DNA of 64,000 bases, taken from IMG/VR virus record IMGVR_UViG_3300023184_000037, positions 81,138 to 145,137 of that record; one strand, given 5' to 3'. The stretch's first letter is position 1, and the number at the start of each line of letters is the position of its first letter. The stretch is from a virus. This document shows positions 17,799-27,673 of this stretch, piece by piece. The notes under the pieces were generated by a model. The model did not search any database. It saw nothing but the letters and a program-made list of their open reading frames with translations, and was not told where the DNA came from. The translations under genes and the position numbers were made by a program.

Positions 17799-19424
17799 AT
17801 GGAATATGAAAAGAATTACTGGCTTAACGAAGACAGTAGAACATTTTTATCTAGAGGTTATATCACAGAATCTCCAGAGCAGCGAATTAAAGATGTAGCA
17901 AACACCGCAGAAAAACAATTAAAAATTGAAGGGTTTGCAAAGAAATTTGAGGACTATATGGGTAGAGGATTCTATAGTTTATCAACTCCAGTTTGGATTA
18001 ATTATGGAAAAGACAAGGGACTTCCGGTTAGTTGTTATGGAAGTAACGTAGATGATACTTTAGATAGTATTTTAAATGGAAGCAGAGAAGTTGGAATGAT
18101 GTCAAAATACGGAGGAGGAACTTCTGCATTTTTAGGAAACATCAGGGCAAGAGGAACTAAAATTTCGACAGGTGGAACTGCAGATGGTCCCGTACACTAT
18201 GCCAGATTATACGATACAACAGTTGATGTATGTAAACAATCAGAGGCCAGAAGAGGAGCATGCGCAGTTTGGTTACCAGTTGAACATAATGACATTTTAG
18301 AATTTTTAGATATTGGAACCGAAGGGAATCCAATTCAAAACCTACAATATGGAGTTACTGTTACTGACGCTTGGATTGCTGAAATGAAAGCAGGAGATGC
18401 AGACAAACGTAAAATTTGGGCTAAGATAATTCAAAGACGTAATGAGTTTGGTTTTCCTTACATTATGTTTAAAGACAATACCAATAACAATTCACCATAT
18501 AAAGAATTGGGACTTGAAATCACAGCAAGTAACCTTTGTAGTGAAATTCAATTACCTACAGATTCATTCAATTCATTTGTTTGTTGTTTAGGTTCTATCA
18601 ATTTATTACATTGGGACGAAATTAAGGAAACCGATGCAATCGAAGTTTACACTCAGTTTTTAAACGCAGTTATGGACGAATTCGTTAACAAATCTTATAA
18701 CATGCCTGGAATGAAAAGAGCATGGAGATTTGCAAATGACCATAGAGCACTAGGTCTTGGAGTATTGGGTTATCATTCACTATTTCAGGCTAAATTAATT
18801 AGTTTTGATTCACTTCAAGCAAAACAATTAAACTATGAAATCTTTTCAACAATAAAAGAACGTAGTGAAGCGGCTTCAAGATGGTTACATGATGAGAAAG
18901 GTTACCGTTCAATCCGACCAGGATACGCTAACACTACCCTAGTAGCGATTGCTCCAACGAAAAGTAGTTCATTTATTTTAGGACAGGTAAGTATGGGAAT
19001 TGAGCCAATCAAATCTAATTATTTTATCAAAGACTTGGCCAAATCAAAAACAATTTACAAAAATCCTTTCTTAATTGAAGAACTTGAGAAGTATGGTTTA
19101 AATACCCCAGATGTTTGGGAAGGAATCTTAAAGAGAGACGGAAGTGTACAACATTTAGACTTTCCAACCAAAGAGGTTTTCAAATCTTTTGTTGAAATCA
19201 GTCCAAAAGAAATTGTGCTACAAGCGGCTCAAAGACAACATTTTATTGACCAATCACAGTCACTAAATTTAATGATACATCCATCAGTTTCGGCTAAGGA
19301 CATAAATACATTATACCTTTACGCCCATGAGGAAGGGGTTAAAACTCTATACTATCAATTTAGTCAAAGTTCAGCCCAGTCTTTTGCAAGAGACATTCTT
19401 GAATGTTCAAGCTGTGAGGCATAA
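17799..19424 (+). CDS. nrdA: Ribonucleotide reductase class I alpha subunit (short, no ATP cone)
   Basis: VSC, SNLCSEI, APTKSSS, DQSQS, KTLYY, C-terminal CSSC. Confidence 0.95.
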   Translation: MEYEKNYWLNEDSRTFLSRGYITESPEQRIKDVANTAEKQLKIEGFAKKFEDYMGRGFYSLSTPVWINYGKDKGLPVSCYGSNVDDTLDSILNGSREVGMMSKYGGGTSAFLGNIRARGTKISTGGTADGPVHYARLYDTTVDVCKQSEARRGACAVWLPVEHNDILEFLDIGTEGNPIQNLQYGVTVTDAWIAEMKAGDADKRKIWAKIIQRRNEFGFPYIMFKDNTNNNSPYKELGLEITASNLCSEIQLPTDSFNSFVCCLGSINLLHWDEIKETDAIEVYTQFLNAVMDEFVNKSYNMPGMKRAWRFANDHRALGLGVLGYHSLFQAKLISFDSLQAKQLNYEIFSTIKERSEAASRWLHDEKGYRSIRPGYANTTLVAIAPTKSSSFILGQVSMGIEPIKSNYFIKDLAKSKTIYKNPFLIEELEKYGLNTPDVWEGILKRDGSVQHLDFPTKEVFKSFVEISPKEIVLQAAQRQHFIDQSQSLNLMIHPSVSAKDINTLYLYAHEEGVKTLYYQFSQSSAQSFARDILECSSCEA

Positions 19425-19484
19425 GAAACCGGCAATCTGAAACATGATTGCATTTTAGGACCGGGACTAGTTCACGGAGGTGTT

Positions 19485-19515
19485 AAGCAGGGAATTCGCT
19501 ACTCCCTGCTTTTTT
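19485..19515 (+). terminator. Intrinsic terminator after nrdA
   Basis: AAGCAGGGA/TCCCTGCTT plus T run. Confidence 0.8.
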
Positions 19516-19562
19516 ATGTTTAAAATCTAGAGATATATAAATAAAATAAAAATCTTTTGCAA

Positions 19563-20645
19563 ATGATTCCAATCAAGCTTTTCGAAGAATTCTTATACGA
19601 AGAAAATCTTAAAAACAAATATGCTAAGAAAGTGGCATGGATTATGAAGTCTCATGATATTCATGCAACTTCAGGCGATGTTAATGGTCGTGAAAAGAAA
19701 TACAATATTGCCGCTAAAGGTAACCTATTCTTGAACTATGCAACCAAAGAGGACTTTGAAGATGATAGCGTTGTAGTACCTGGAGATGTGCCAATACTTA
19801 ATTATGGCGGAGCAGTCGACCCAGAGGCGATCGGATTCTTAAAGAATAAAGGTATTAACAACGATAATCTATACAACAAGAGAGAATTACTTCCACTTTC
19901 AGGAGACAAGGTAAAATTTGCCAAAGCAGCCGCAAAATTTGATTGGCTTCCAAAGACATGTTTTTCAAAAGAGGACGCAATTAAAGGAGACGTCGGTTTT
20001 CCAGTAATTGCAAAAATAAAAGATGGACATAGCGGAGTTGGAATTCAAAAATTCGACACTGCCAAAGAACTTGAAGCGAGCAAAGATAAATTCGATATCT
20101 TTTGTCAATTTATAGATTTTGCTAGAGAATACAGAGTAATGTTCTGTAGAGACAAGATTTTTGTTATTAATGAAAGAGTTCCGAGAATTGAAGATGACCG
20201 TTCGATTAAAACAAAAACTGCCGATGAGAAAATCAGTTTTACTTATGTTTATCAAGACCAAAACAAGGTCGACCCTAAATTCATCGAAAATGTGTTATCA
20301 ATTTGTAAAGACGTTAAAACATTTTTAGACCTAGACTTATGGGCCCTAGATATTGTAGTAGACAAAAAAGGTAAAATGTGGATTATGGAAACATCATCTG
20401 CAACCGGACTTGGAAGCGTTAAAATGTGCGAAGTTTATAAGGCAATGTATGAAGATTTTTATGGAGAACCCTTAGATGACGAATTCTTAGAGGACATTTA
20501 CCTAAAATATGTAGTTCCTGGGCATCAGAATTACTACCCAAAATTTAAAAAAGAAATTGACTCTTCTCAGTGGCCAATGGACTATAAAATATTAACGGAT
20601 CCCAAAGCAAAAGATGGGTATAGATATTTTTTTAATTTAGATTAA
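19563..20645 (+). CDS. RimK-like ATP-grasp ligase with capsid-targeting-like N-terminus
   Basis: GDK, FPVIAK..GHSGVG, QFID..REYRV, ALDIV, IMETSS; MIPIKLFEEFLYE. Confidence 0.8.
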   Translation: MIPIKLFEEFLYEENLKNKYAKKVAWIMKSHDIHATSGDVNGREKKYNIAAKGNLFLNYATKEDFEDDSVVVPGDVPILNYGGAVDPEAIGFLKNKGINNDNLYNKRELLPLSGDKVKFAKAAAKFDWLPKTCFSKEDAIKGDVGFPVIAKIKDGHSGVGIQKFDTAKELEASKDKFDIFCQFIDFAREYRVMFCRDKIFVINERVPRIEDDRSIKTKTADEKISFTYVYQDQNKVDPKFIENVLSICKDVKTFLDLDLWALDIVVDKKGKMWIMETSSATGLGSVKMCEVYKAMYEDFYGEPLDDEFLEDIYLKYVVPGHQNYYPKFKKEIDSSQWPMDYKILTDPKAKDGYRYFFNLD

Positions 20646-20649
20646 TAAC

Positions 20650-21711
20650 ATGAAAACAGGAATTTTTAAAACATCGCTAAAGGAAAACGAAAAACGTATT
20701 CCAATCCATCCGGCTCATATTGAAAGACTATCTGGAGATATACTTAAAGAACTCGTATTTGAAGAGGGATATGGAACTGATTATGGTTATTCAGACATTC
20801 AACTTGCACAAATGGGTTGTAAGTTTGCCAGTCGCGAGAATCTTTTTAAAGAGTGTAGTATAATCATATTGCCAAAACCCGTTGCCGAAGACTTAAAACA
20901 AATGCAAGATGGTGCAACCCTATGCGGTTGGACCCACGCAGTTCAACAGAGAGATATTACTGATATTGCAATTGAAAAGGGTTTAACACTTCTTGCATGG
21001 GAAGAGATGAACAATGTTAGTAAAAATTCTAAAATGCATACATTCTATCGTAACAATGAATTAGCAGGTTATGCTGGAGTTATTCATTATTTACAATTGG
21101 CCGGTCTTGATGGACACTATGGTGAACGTAAGAAAGTTGTTATTTTTGGATATGGTTCTGTAAGTAAAGGAGCAATATATGCCCTACAGGGAAGAGGTTT
21201 TAATAACATTACAGTTTATACTCAGCGACCTACTCACCTAGTTGCCGATAAAAATCCTGATGTTTGGTACAAAAACTTTAATGATGACGATATTTGGGAA
21301 GACATTTACTCCGCTCATATTATATTTAATGGAGTCCTACAGGACGTAAATAATCCTCTAATGTTTATTAAAGATTTAGACCAATTAGACCAATTACGTA
21401 GAAATTGCGCAATCATCGATATTAGTTGTGACAAGGGAATGGGATTCTTTTTTGCCGAACCTACAACATTTGAAAATCCAATTATCAAATTAAGAAGAGG
21501 TATTCAATACTATTCGGTCGATCATACTCCAACATACTTATGGAATGCGGCTTCTAGAGAAATTTCTGCCGCACTGGTTCCATACTTAAGTACTATAATA
21601 GAACCCCAAAAATGGGAGGATAATCCAGTTATCAGCGGTTGTATAGATATTAAATCTGGTGTTATTATTAATCAAAACATAAACAGATTTCAAAAAAGGA
21701 TATATAAATAA
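20650..21711 (+). CDS. ceo: N5-(carboxyethyl)ornithine synthase (AlaDH/PNT family)
   Basis: KENEKRIPIHP, GWTHAVQ, AWEEM, FYRNNELAGY, GYGSVSKGA, DISCD, VDHTP. Confidence 0.85.
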   Translation: MKTGIFKTSLKENEKRIPIHPAHIERLSGDILKELVFEEGYGTDYGYSDIQLAQMGCKFASRENLFKECSIIILPKPVAEDLKQMQDGATLCGWTHAVQQRDITDIAIEKGLTLLAWEEMNNVSKNSKMHTFYRNNELAGYAGVIHYLQLAGLDGHYGERKKVVIFGYGSVSKGAIYALQGRGFNNITVYTQRPTHLVADKNPDVWYKNFNDDDIWEDIYSAHIIFNGVLQDVNNPLMFIKDLDQLDQLRRNCAIIDISCDKGMGFFFAEPTTFENPIIKLRRGIQYYSVDHTPTYLWNAASREISAALVPYLSTIIEPQKWEDNPVISGCIDIKSGVIINQNINRFQKRIYK

Positions 21712-21724
21712 AATAAAAAAAATT

Positions 21725-22057
21725 ATGAAACATATCCAATTATTTGAAGACTTCTTAAATGAGGCTTCTGATGCAAAACCAGCAATTTTAGTTAAATTAT
21801 ACAATGAATTGGCTAAAGCTAAAAATAAAAAATCATTGACTTGGGGATTTGATGGAATGGAAGAATTTCCTCACGTTATTCAATATGACGGTGGATTAGA
21901 ATCAGAGGCACATAGACACGAAGGTGAGATGGAGACATACTCATTCTATTTGAATGACGATGGTAAAACTATCCTTGGAATCTATGATTTGAATGGTTAT
22001 GCTGAAGAGTTAAAAACTCCAAAGGATGCTATTACATGGTGCAGAGCTAATGAATAG
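21725..22057 (+). CDS. Small internal head protein (putative)
   Basis: MKHIQLFEDFLNE; late promoter at 21699. Confidence 0.55.
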   Translation: MKHIQLFEDFLNEASDAKPAILVKLYNELAKAKNKKSLTWGFDGMEEFPHVIQYDGGLESEAHRHEGEMETYSFYLNDDGKTILGIYDLNGYAEELKTPKDAITWCRANE

Positions 22058-22077
22058 TAAAAATATTATTTAATAAG

Positions 22078-22170
22078 GTGGAACCTGATCCGAATTGCCT
22101 GCCTTTTTTTATTGGTATGATTGGTTTATTTTTTATAGTCATGATATTTGACGAATTTAAAAAACATTAA
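22078..22170 (+). CDS. Putative 30 aa single-TM microprotein
   Basis: GTG start; MEPDPNCLPFFIGMIGLFFIVMIFDEFKKH (hand translation, below the ORF-track cutoff). Confidence 0.4.
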   Translation: MEPDPNCLPFFIGMIGLFFIVMIFDEFKKH

Positions 22171-22220
22171 ACAAGAACCCCTCCTCAGGATAGAATCGGA
22201 GGACCTACTCATAAGAGTTT

Positions 22221-22247
22221 AACCTGTCAGTAATGACAGGTTTTTTT
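22221..22247 (+). terminator. Intrinsic terminator
   Basis: AACCTGTCA/TGACAGGTT plus T run. Confidence 0.8.
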
Positions 22248-22303
22248 ATGTGAAACAAAACCCCCTTTTTGTCTATAATACTTAAATAATATAAACAATA
22301 AAT

Positions 22304-23059
22304 ATGAAAATTAAAATTGACAAAGTAGACCAAAACAATTTCATCGGTTTTGTGAATAGACTTAAGGTTATCGATACCTTCATCTACTTTAAAATCAAGG
22401 ATGAAGTGGTACAGGCATCCGCCTATCTTCCACAAAGAGATGCTGTTAAACATCACAGAGTTCCTGTGTCACAAGTATTCCAATTGGAAGATGGTGCTAT
22501 TAACACATCAAAAGAATTAAAAATTGCATTCTTTGATGCGGGTCGTTTAACTGACGCATTTAAACAATTTGAATTTGGAAATATCCAAGCTGAAATTGAA
22601 TTTGTAGAAAATGACGAGGATTTTGTAGCAACTGAATTCCGTATTTTCAACAACGAATTAGAGATTAAACTTGCGTGTTCCGAGCCTTCATTAGGTTATA
22701 AAGACCTTACAGATGCTCAAATTGCCGGAATCTTTAATATCGACGCAGCAAACTATGTATTTGACATGGACTATACTGCAACTTCAAAAGTTCGTTCTCT
22801 TTTTGGATTGGACAAAGAAGAAACTTTCACTATTGCAACTAACACTGAAGGTGTAAGAATGAAAGGTAAAACTTACAACTACCTCGTTACAGACTCATTC
22901 CAAGGTAACAATCCTGGCAATGTAACTCTTTTCAAAAAATATTTAAACCTTTTAGACAAAGAAGATTATTCAGCAAATGTTATGGATAACCGAGTAGTAT
23001 TGCGCTCAAAAGATTCAGAAACATTACTAACTATCGCTACTTGCCAAACTGCTGAATAA
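22304..23059 (+). CDS. Sliding clamp (gp45-like, putative)
   Basis: 251 aa, two beta-rich halves, directly upstream of the polymerase C-terminal gene; middle promoter. Confidence 0.6.
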   Translation: MKIKIDKVDQNNFIGFVNRLKVIDTFIYFKIKDEVVQASAYLPQRDAVKHHRVPVSQVFQLEDGAINTSKELKIAFFDAGRLTDAFKQFEFGNIQAEIEFVENDEDFVATEFRIFNNELEIKLACSEPSLGYKDLTDAQIAGIFNIDAANYVFDMDYTATSKVRSLFGLDKEETFTIATNTEGVRMKGKTYNYLVTDSFQGNNPGNVTLFKKYLNLLDKEDYSANVMDNRVVLRSKDSETLLTIATCQTAE

Positions 23060-23062
23060 TTT

Positions 23063-24259
23063 ATGACAATCGACGAATTAATACTAAAACCAGAGAGTGA
23101 GTTATCACAGGATGAAATTAAAATCTTGGTTGAGCATTATTCTATGTTGTCAGCAAAGTTCGGTGCCTATGAGCAAGCAGTAAAAGTAATGCTTAACTCT
23201 ATTTATGGTGCCTTTGGAAACAAATGGTTTCACTTTTTTAATATAGACATCGCAGAATCTATCACCTTACAGGGACAGTCTGCGATTCTATATTCTGAAA
23301 AGATTCTAAACAAATATTTTCAAGAGTTTTGGAATAAAGACCGAGCAGTTCATGAGTTTTTTAACATTCAAGTTAAGAACAAATTGGTTCGACCATCAGT
23401 AGTTTATATTGATACAGATTCATGTTACGTACAGTTTGAAGAGATGTATGAATCTATTGAATGGCTTGGAGACAAGCTAACAATTGACCAATTCATTATG
23501 AAATTGTACAACTTCAGACTTAAAGATTATATTTTTAAGTGCATGGAGAAATATGCGGAAGCAACCAATACTGAAAACTTCCTCCAGTTTGAATTGGAAA
23601 CTATTGCATACTCTGGAATTTGGTTGGCTAAGAAAAAATACTTGCAGAATCTCGCATGGGACGATAAAATTGGAATTGATGACAGACACCCATCTCTTAA
23701 GAAGGTAAAAACTATCGGATTTGATACAATTCAAAGTTCAACTCCAGCTCTCGCAAGAAAGCAGTTGACGGAGATTCTTAAACTGATTCTTTCAGAAAAA
23801 CCTACCGCTTCTTTATTGAAGAGACTTGTAGATTATTTGAAACAATGTAAAAAAGAATTTCAATTAGCAAGTGTTGATGAGATATGTTTTAATAAAAGAA
23901 CAAACAATCTTGAAAAATATATCGTAGATGATACGGTAGAATTTCAATATGGTTTAAAATGTCCGCCAAACGTAAAAGCCGCAGGTTTCTATAATTTCTT
24001 AATGAATCAAAATCCAAAGTTTAAGAACAAATATAAGATGATTGGTAACGGTGAAAAACTGAAACTATATCACTGTAAACATGCAACTTGCGAGATATTT
24101 GCATACCAACCTGGAGCTCACCCTTATGAAATTGCACCGACAGTTGACTATGAAATGCAATTTGAAAAGAGTGTTATAGACCCATTGAACCGTGTTTTAA
24201 CCGCAGTTGGACTGCACACATTAAATAGAAACTTAATTTATTCAACCTCATTATTTTAA
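23063..24259 (+). CDS. gp43B: Family B DNA polymerase, C-terminal part (motifs B, C and thumb)
   Basis: KVMLNSIYGAFG, ITLQGQ, YIDTDS, AKKKY; C-terminal STSLF. Confidence 0.92.
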   Translation: MTIDELILKPESELSQDEIKILVEHYSMLSAKFGAYEQAVKVMLNSIYGAFGNKWFHFFNIDIAESITLQGQSAILYSEKILNKYFQEFWNKDRAVHEFFNIQVKNKLVRPSVVYIDTDSCYVQFEEMYESIEWLGDKLTIDQFIMKLYNFRLKDYIFKCMEKYAEATNTENFLQFELETIAYSGIWLAKKKYLQNLAWDDKIGIDDRHPSLKKVKTIGFDTIQSSTPALARKQLTEILKLILSEKPTASLLKRLVDYLKQCKKEFQLASVDEICFNKRTNNLEKYIVDDTVEFQYGLKCPPNVKAAGFYNFLMNQNPKFKNKYKMIGNGEKLKLYHCKHATCEIFAYQPGAHPYEIAPTVDYEMQFEKSVIDPLNRVLTAVGLHTLNRNLIYSTSLF

Positions 24260-24261
24260 TT

Positions 24262-24453
24262 ATGGATATCGATATCGAAGACTTAACGCCAGACCAAAAA
24301 GAATACGTCAATCATTATAAAAGAATCAATAGTAGACTTGAGGTTCTTATGACGCAAATGGCAATAATACAAAATGAGACTAAAGTTCTAATAGAGGAAC
24401 TTGAAGACCTCAGAAAAAAAGAAACAAAACAATACAAAAATGGCAAAAAATAA
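24262..24453 (+). CDS. Small coiled-coil hypothetical protein
   Basis: 63 aa ORF filling the operon gap. Confidence 0.55.
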   Translation: MDIDIEDLTPDQKEYVNHYKRINSRLEVLMTQMAIIQNETKVLIEELEDLRKKETKQYKNGKK

Positions 24454-25558
24454 ATTTACATTTGACGACTTAAATGCAGAACTTGCGGGATTAAATCCAT
24501 TAGGTTCTGTTATGGACAAATCAGACTTTTCTGAAGTTACTGAATGGATTCATACTGGAAATTACCACTTAAACGCATGCCTATCTGGTAGTTTATTTGG
24601 TGGATGGCCAAACAACCGATCTTGCTCAATCGCTGGACCTTCAGGAACTGGTAAAACTTTCTTGACACTGAATTCAGTTCGAGAGGCAATTAACATGGGT
24701 TACTATGTAATCTATTATGATTCAGAAGCCGCAGTCGACAAAGACCAAATGCTAAAATTTGGTATTGATGTAACTAAAGTTAACTACCAGCCTGTAAATA
24801 CAGTGCAAGAGTTTAGAACTTCAGTAACTTCAATTACTCAAAAAATGCAAGAGGTTAAAAGAAAGGGCGGAGATATTCAAAAGATTATGATTATCTTGGA
24901 TAGTGCTGGTAACCTTGCAACTGCAAAAGAAATCGAGGATGCTGCAACTGGAAGTGAAAAAGCTGATATGACACGTTCTAAAATTTTAAAGTCAATCTTT
25001 AGAATTATTATGACTCCATTAGCTGACTTAAAGATTCCTTTCCTATTCACAAATCACACATACCAAACCCAAGATTTTATCTCACGACAAGTTGCCGGAG
25101 GTGGTACTGGACCTGAGTATGCCGCTTCAATAGTTCTTATGTTAAATAAGGCGCAATTGAAAGATGGAGCTGAAAAGGTTGGTATCATTGTAAGCGCTAA
25201 GCCTGATAAGAATCGTTTTGCTAAACCTCATCCAATTAAATTCCATTTAGATTTTACTAAAGGTATGAACCCTTATGTTGGATTAGAACAATATGCAACA
25301 TGGGATATTTGTGGAATCACTAGAGGTTCTATCGAGAAGGGTGTTAAAATTCCTAAAGCAACTGCAAGAGGATGGATTTGTAAACACTTAGATGAAACTG
25401 TTTCAAACGCAGAATTCTTTACTGAAAAGGTTTTCACCCAAGAAGTATTGGAGAAAATCAATGAGTACATTAAACCACTTTTTAACTACAACACGTCAGC
25501 AGAAACTCTTGATAACGAAATCGGAGAGTTACTAAATGATGACTTACACATGGAATAA
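24440..25558 (+). CDS. uvsX: RecA-like recombinase
   Basis: AGPSGTGKT, YYDSE, ILDSAGNL, GGGTG; start placed at MAKNKF. Confidence 0.92.
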   Translation: MAKNKFTFDDLNAELAGLNPLGSVMDKSDFSEVTEWIHTGNYHLNACLSGSLFGGWPNNRSCSIAGPSGTGKTFLTLNSVREAINMGYYVIYYDSEAAVDKDQMLKFGIDVTKVNYQPVNTVQEFRTSVTSITQKMQEVKRKGGDIQKIMIILDSAGNLATAKEIEDAATGSEKADMTRSKILKSIFRIIMTPLADLKIPFLFTNHTYQTQDFISRQVAGGGTGPEYAASIVLMLNKAQLKDGAEKVGIIVSAKPDKNRFAKPHPIKFHLDFTKGMNPYVGLEQYATWDICGITRGSIEKGVKIPKATARGWICKHLDETVSNAEFFTEKVFTQEVLEKINEYIKPLFNYNTSAETLDNEIGELLNDDLHME

Positions 25559-25559
25559 T

Positions 25560-25871
25560 ATGGAAGTAAATCTTAATCGACTAGATGAAGACAAACTACC
25601 CATAAAATATATTTTAGGCATCCATGAACAACTAGAAAGTTTTCCGGATGCCTTTGATATTATCCATGTATATGTTGTCGAAACTATGAAAAAACCAGAC
25701 CGACCAAGAATCAATTTTACAAAACATTCATTGATGACATATCATGCATGCGGTAATATTGAAAATGCGGAGAAGGGCCTACAACAAGCAATTGGACTTG
25801 GTTTAATTGAACAAACCCACTTCGAAGAGGGAAAAGAAGCATATAAAATATTAATGAACCCGTTCCAATAA
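25560..25871 (+). CDS. Hypothetical protein (possible winged helix)
   Basis: Start MEVNL; lies between uvsX and the helicase. Confidence 0.5.
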   Translation: MEVNLNRLDEDKLPIKYILGIHEQLESFPDAFDIIHVYVVETMKKPDRPRINFTKHSLMTYHACGNIENAEKGLQQAIGLGLIEQTHFEEGKEAYKILMNPFQ

Positions 25872-25911
25872 GAAACTTTACCCCAAACAGGCTTATAATC
25901 TAAAAAAATAT

Positions 25912-27225
25912 ATGAAATTCGGACAAGAACAAGAAAAAATATTCTTTAAGTTATCTTTGGCAAAACCAAAGTACTTAGAAAAAATAAAAAAAGGCTTTTA
26001 TACTTCAGATGAAATAGATACGATGCATTTTCTTGCAACAAAGTTCTATGAGAAATTCCATGAGACTCCAAAAGCGGATCAAATGAAAATTCTTTCACAA
26101 AGTCCTAAATTTAAAGGAAAAGTTGATGAAAGAATTATTGAATTAGTTTACGACACGGATCTTACTCAATATGATGAGGAGTGGCTAGTTTCTACTGCTG
26201 AGGCTTGGATTAAATGGAGAACATTCGATACGACCTTAATCGACACAATTGAGTACATTAAAACGACTGAAGTAACTCCAGAAAATGCAGATTCTATAAT
26301 CTCAAAAGTTAAAAGTTTAATCAATGACCGAAATTCAATTGTATTTAACTCGGACATTGGATTAGATTTCTTTAATCCAGAAGACCACCACCAAAAGAAT
26401 GGTTCCAAAGTATCGACTGGATATAACTTTTTAGATAGATTACTTTCCGGAGGTTATGACAAAGATGGTTCATTGGTAGTTTATGTTGGAGAACAAAATA
26501 TTGGTAAGTCTATTTTCTTAGCAAATGATGCTTCAAATTTTGTTAAAATGGGTGTTAACACTGCATTTGTTTCAGCAGAGATGGCAGCTCATAAAGTTCT
26601 TAAAAGAATTGGAGCAAACCTACTTACAATACCAATGAATGAATATGATGCCAAAGCCGAAAATAAAGACTTAATGAAAAGAAAGCTTGAAAATGTAGGT
26701 GATGGTTTAACTCCACCAGGACAATTATTTGTTAAACAATTTCCAACATCACAAGCAACCGTACCAGATATTGAAGCCTATTTAAAACAAATCGAAGAGG
26801 AACGTAAAATAAAACTAGGAGCTATTGTTATTGACTACATTAATATCTTAGCAAACCATAGAAATCTAAACTCTGAAAATACATATCTTAAAATCAAACA
26901 AATTGCCGAAGATTTACGTGCAATGGGAGTAAGAAATGGTTGGTTGATAGTTACTGCAACACAGATTAATCGAAACAACTATAATTCAAGTGATATTGGA
27001 ATGGGAGACGTTGCAGAATCCGCAGGTCTTTCACATACTGCAGATTTAATGCTTGGAATTATTCAAGATGATATTATGCGAGCATCATTTGAATACTGGC
27101 TTAAAGTCTTAAAAATTAGAGATGGTGAAGGTAAGGGCGTTAAATGCCGACTAGATATTAATTATCAATATATGAGACTTACCGAAACTGACGATGTTAC
27201 AAATTCAAACATACACAACTTATAA
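25912..27225 (+). CDS. gp41: Replicative DnaB-like helicase
   Basis: GEQNIGKS, SAEM, IDYINI, TATQINR, AESAGL. Confidence 0.93.
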   Translation: MKFGQEQEKIFFKLSLAKPKYLEKIKKGFYTSDEIDTMHFLATKFYEKFHETPKADQMKILSQSPKFKGKVDERIIELVYDTDLTQYDEEWLVSTAEAWIKWRTFDTTLIDTIEYIKTTEVTPENADSIISKVKSLINDRNSIVFNSDIGLDFFNPEDHHQKNGSKVSTGYNFLDRLLSGGYDKDGSLVVYVGEQNIGKSIFLANDASNFVKMGVNTAFVSAEMAAHKVLKRIGANLLTIPMNEYDAKAENKDLMKRKLENVGDGLTPPGQLFVKQFPTSQATVPDIEAYLKQIEEERKIKLGAIVIDYINILANHRNLNSENTYLKIKQIAEDLRAMGVRNGWLIVTATQINRNNYNSSDIGMGDVAESAGLSHTADLMLGIIQDDIMRASFEYWLKVLKIRDGEGKGVKCRLDINYQYMRLTETDDVTNSNIHNL

Positions 27226-27227
27226 AA

Positions 27228-27671
27228 ATGAGAACACAAAGAGATAAAATATTCGACAATACATTTGCTGAGAGTGAATTTGAATTAGACAGTTCATTTT
27301 CTTTCGATATTGCACCAAGCTACTTAGACAACCGTGACGAAGAGGATAAAATTGAAACGCAAATAATTATTACTAAAATCCACGAGTTAATTGAATCTTC
27401 TCGATTCAAACACTTTAATAACATCAATGAATTTAATGAGACTGTTAAATTAAAAAAGAATGAAATTAACGAAATCTATGAATTTATTTCAGATGAGCTC
27501 CGACCAAACCATTCAATCATTGAAGTATTTTCGGAATTGTGTGATTACTTTAATGTAAATCCAACAAAATTCTACCAGTCACTAGGAAACAAATTTAAAG
27601 AGGAGCTAATCGAGGTATTAGACAAGAAGACAAACGTACTAAAGAAAAAGCATATAAATAGATTATTCTAA
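27228..27671 (+). CDS. Putative late transcription coactivator (gp33-like)
   Basis: Acidic N-terminus, helical IIEVFSELCDYFNVNP...KEEL core, C-terminal INRLF. Confidence 0.5.
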   Translation: MRTQRDKIFDNTFAESEFELDSSFSFDIAPSYLDNRDEEDKIETQIIITKIHELIESSRFKHFNNINEFNETVKLKKNEINEIYEFISDELRPNHSIIEVFSELCDYFNVNPTKFYQSLGNKFKEELIEVLDKKTNVLKKKHINRLF

Positions 27672-27673
27672 AT

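Noticed and set aside
19425-19484. Hammerhead ribozyme
   Set aside because: Three-stem look, but the CUGANGA core is absent on both strands.
16700-23150. Split intein or trans-splicing joining the polymerase halves
   Set aside because: No Cys/Ser-starting N-intein or His-Asn-ending C-intein sequence at either junction.
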